NCBI GenBank assembly: GCA_012295275.1
Contig: CM022669.1
Coordinates: 2,108,001-2,172,000, forward strand
Reading direction: 5' to 3'
DNA from: Chrysomallon squamiferum
Taxonomy: Eukaryota > Animalia > Mollusca
DNA: 64,000 nucleotides
Part shown: positions 62,101 to 64,000 of the stretch, one piece after another
How the letters are laid out: every line of letters starts with the position of its first letter
Numbering within the stretch: the first letter of the stretch is position 1
The notes under the pieces: model-generated
Seen by the model: the letters and a program-made list of their open reading frames with translations, nothing else
What the model was told of the DNA's origin: nothing
The model's database searches: none
Position numbers and translations under genes: made by a program

Positions 62101-63186
62101 ATGTCAAATATGGATATTAAGAGTGCAGCAAAATCTGGTGATTTGGAACAAGTAAAAGCATGTTTAGAAAGACATGACAGTTATAGTCTATCAAACCTTA
62201 ATCAGGCATTGCACTTAGCAGCAATGTCCAATCATCCTGATGTTGTGGATTATTTGTTGAAATGTGGAGCTGATGTGTCTGTCAGAGATAGTTCTGAAAG
62301 TTCATTGGCATTTGGTGTAGTGTTACATGGTTTTCCAAAATGTCTTAAACTGCTGCTGTATCACAGGATTGACATCAACATTCAGAATAATGAGGGAGAC
62401 ACAGCACTTCATGTGGCTTGTATGAACAGTCAAAATGAATGTCTTGAAATTCTTTTATCCCAGAATGACATCAATATTAACATTCAAAATAGAAATGGCC
62501 TATCTCCTCTGATGGTTGCTGCTAAAGTTTGTTTCCTGAATGGTATCACACGACTGGTAGATAAGCAGTGTGCCATTGATGCCACCAGCAGATCACAAAA
62601 AACAGCTATTATTTTCTGCCTGGGCAAGGACATTCCTTTAGAACATGACCAGCATCGAACATCAAATGCATCACGAAAACTGTTATGTCTGAAATCTCTG
62701 GTTCAAGGAAGGGCAAATGTTAATGTCCAGGACAGAGATGGATTTGGTCCACTACATTATGCAGTGAAAACTGACAACTTAGGCTGTGTTCAAGTTCTAG
62801 TAGACTGTAACTGTGACCTAAATCAGTGTGGGTTTTATCGCAAGCTCACTCAACAAAGGAGCAAGTTGTGTCGTGCAGATAAGTCAACTCCAATTACACC
62901 ATTCCTTCTATCTGTCTACTACAAAAATATGACTATAGCGAAGTTCCTTATACAAAGTGGATGTATTTATTACAAGTATGCTTACATTCTTGACAATTAT
63001 TTAGATCCAAGTGATCCTATTTATAATTATCTGCAGGAAGAATTTTATAAAGTGAGATCTCTGAAGAAATTGTGCATAATGAGCATTCGACACTCTCTTG
63101 GGCAATACATTGATGATAAAATAATTCACCTTGCCATTCCTGAGAAGATAAAGAGAAATATTATCAAACCACAAAATTCTGACTAA
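62101..63186 (+). CDS. Ankyrin repeat and SOCS box (ASB-like) protein, ~361 aa, single coding exon
   Basis: Uninterrupted ORF with its first ATG at 62101. Ankyrin repeats: ALHLAAMSNHPDVVDYLLKCGAD, GDTALHVACMN, GLSPLMVAAK, GFGPLHYAVK, TPFLLSV. C-terminal SOCS box VRSLKKLCIMSIRHSLG...LAIPEKIKRNI. Head-to-head with NOL6. Confidence 0.9.
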   Translation: MSNMDIKSAAKSGDLEQVKACLERHDSYSLSNLNQALHLAAMSNHPDVVDYLLKCGADVSVRDSSESSLAFGVVLHGFPKCLKLLLYHRIDINIQNNEGDTALHVACMNSQNECLEILLSQNDININIQNRNGLSPLMVAAKVCFLNGITRLVDKQCAIDATSRSQKTAIIFCLGKDIPLEHDQHRTSNASRKLLCLKSLVQGRANVNVQDRDGFGPLHYAVKTDNLGCVQVLVDCNCDLNQCGFYRKLTQQRSKLCRADKSTPITPFLLSVYYKNMTIAKFLIQSGCIYYKYAYILDNYLDPSDPIYNYLQEEFYKVRSLKKLCIMSIRHSLGQYIDDKIIHLAIPEKIKRNIIKPQNSD

Positions 63187-64000
63187 AACTTCAACAGAAG
63201 ATTATACCATTTTCTGTTGACACTGCAAGCAGACATTAAAAACTGAAGGGAAAAGTGAAGTTTTGATTAATTTGTGAGGTGAATGAAAAGTCTTGGTTTT
63301 ATTTATTTATCTTCTTTTTTTATTATTTTTTAAATTAATGAAACATTCATCATATTTTATTACCTGTGATATTTTCTAACATGGAATATTGTGTTTTTGG
63401 TATTGTATGAGCAAAAATGGATATATGCAAAAAGCATTTACATGTGTAGCTCAGGAATATTACACTTTTTTAATTTGAAATTGACCTTTGCACACTATAT
63501 AATGTATAATTACATTAATTAGGATTGTTAGACTGAAACTCAGTGCAGTGGTAATCTTTTATTTGTTTTTGTTTTTTTAGATAATCCTATTTACACAAGC
63601 AGACTGTTCTCTCCAAAACCTTGGTTGTAAACATACAATTTGCATCTAATGATAAAATTGATTTGGCTATATTTTAATTGTAATGCTTGGGAAGATGTAT
63701 TTTTGTTTAATAATTATGAATAATTAATAATTATTATAATGATACTTGCTAATAATGTGTGTAATTTATGTTTCAATCCTGTATACTTTTTTAATTAAAA
63801 AATGTATATATAAAACTAGTTGTTTTGAATAATATAAAATTGAATGTATATATTTAAATATCAACAACTCTTGTATATCTTCATTCCATGGCTTTTGATG
63901 GATTTGTCTCCCTTGATAACAATTTCCCACAATTGTATTATTTGAATGCCATAAAAATTGATGCTGATACAAATACATACACAACACTTTACATATAAAC

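Overview
AT-rich, microsatellite-laden eukaryotic (metazoan) genomic DNA with spliceosomal introns. The repeat content and gene set suggest a lophotrochozoan, probably a mollusc; this is an inference. I reconstructed six protein-coding genes by hand from splice sites and reading frames. (1) A short SAXO-family axonemal microtubule-inner-protein gene (-, 1842-3527) with a homopolymer frameshift and a weak GC splice donor. (2) SLC35A4-like nucleotide-sugar transporter (+, 11089-21888) with a uORF-containing, multi-exon leader. (3) Follistatin (-, 25244-33255). (4) A CREB3/Luman-family membrane-anchored bZIP factor (+, 37682-43542). (5) NOL6/Utp22 (-, 47369-60943, 23 coding exons, one GC-AG intron). 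(6) An ankyrin-repeat/SOCS-box protein (+, 62101-63186). Mobile DNA comprises two copies of one Sola2-type DNA transposon family, a Tc1/mariner relic and a tRNA-derived SINE. No prokaryote-type system (CRISPR, operon) is present, and I found no clearly novel multi-gene system. The most interesting signals are regulatory or isoform-level: a strongly basic follistatin C-terminal tail with a candidate stop-containing alternative exon, a duplicated Smad-box/E-box module upstream of follistatin, CREB3/UPRE-type sites in the CREB3 gene's own upstream region, a decayed duplicate exon in SLC35A4, and a possibly decaying SAXO paralogue.
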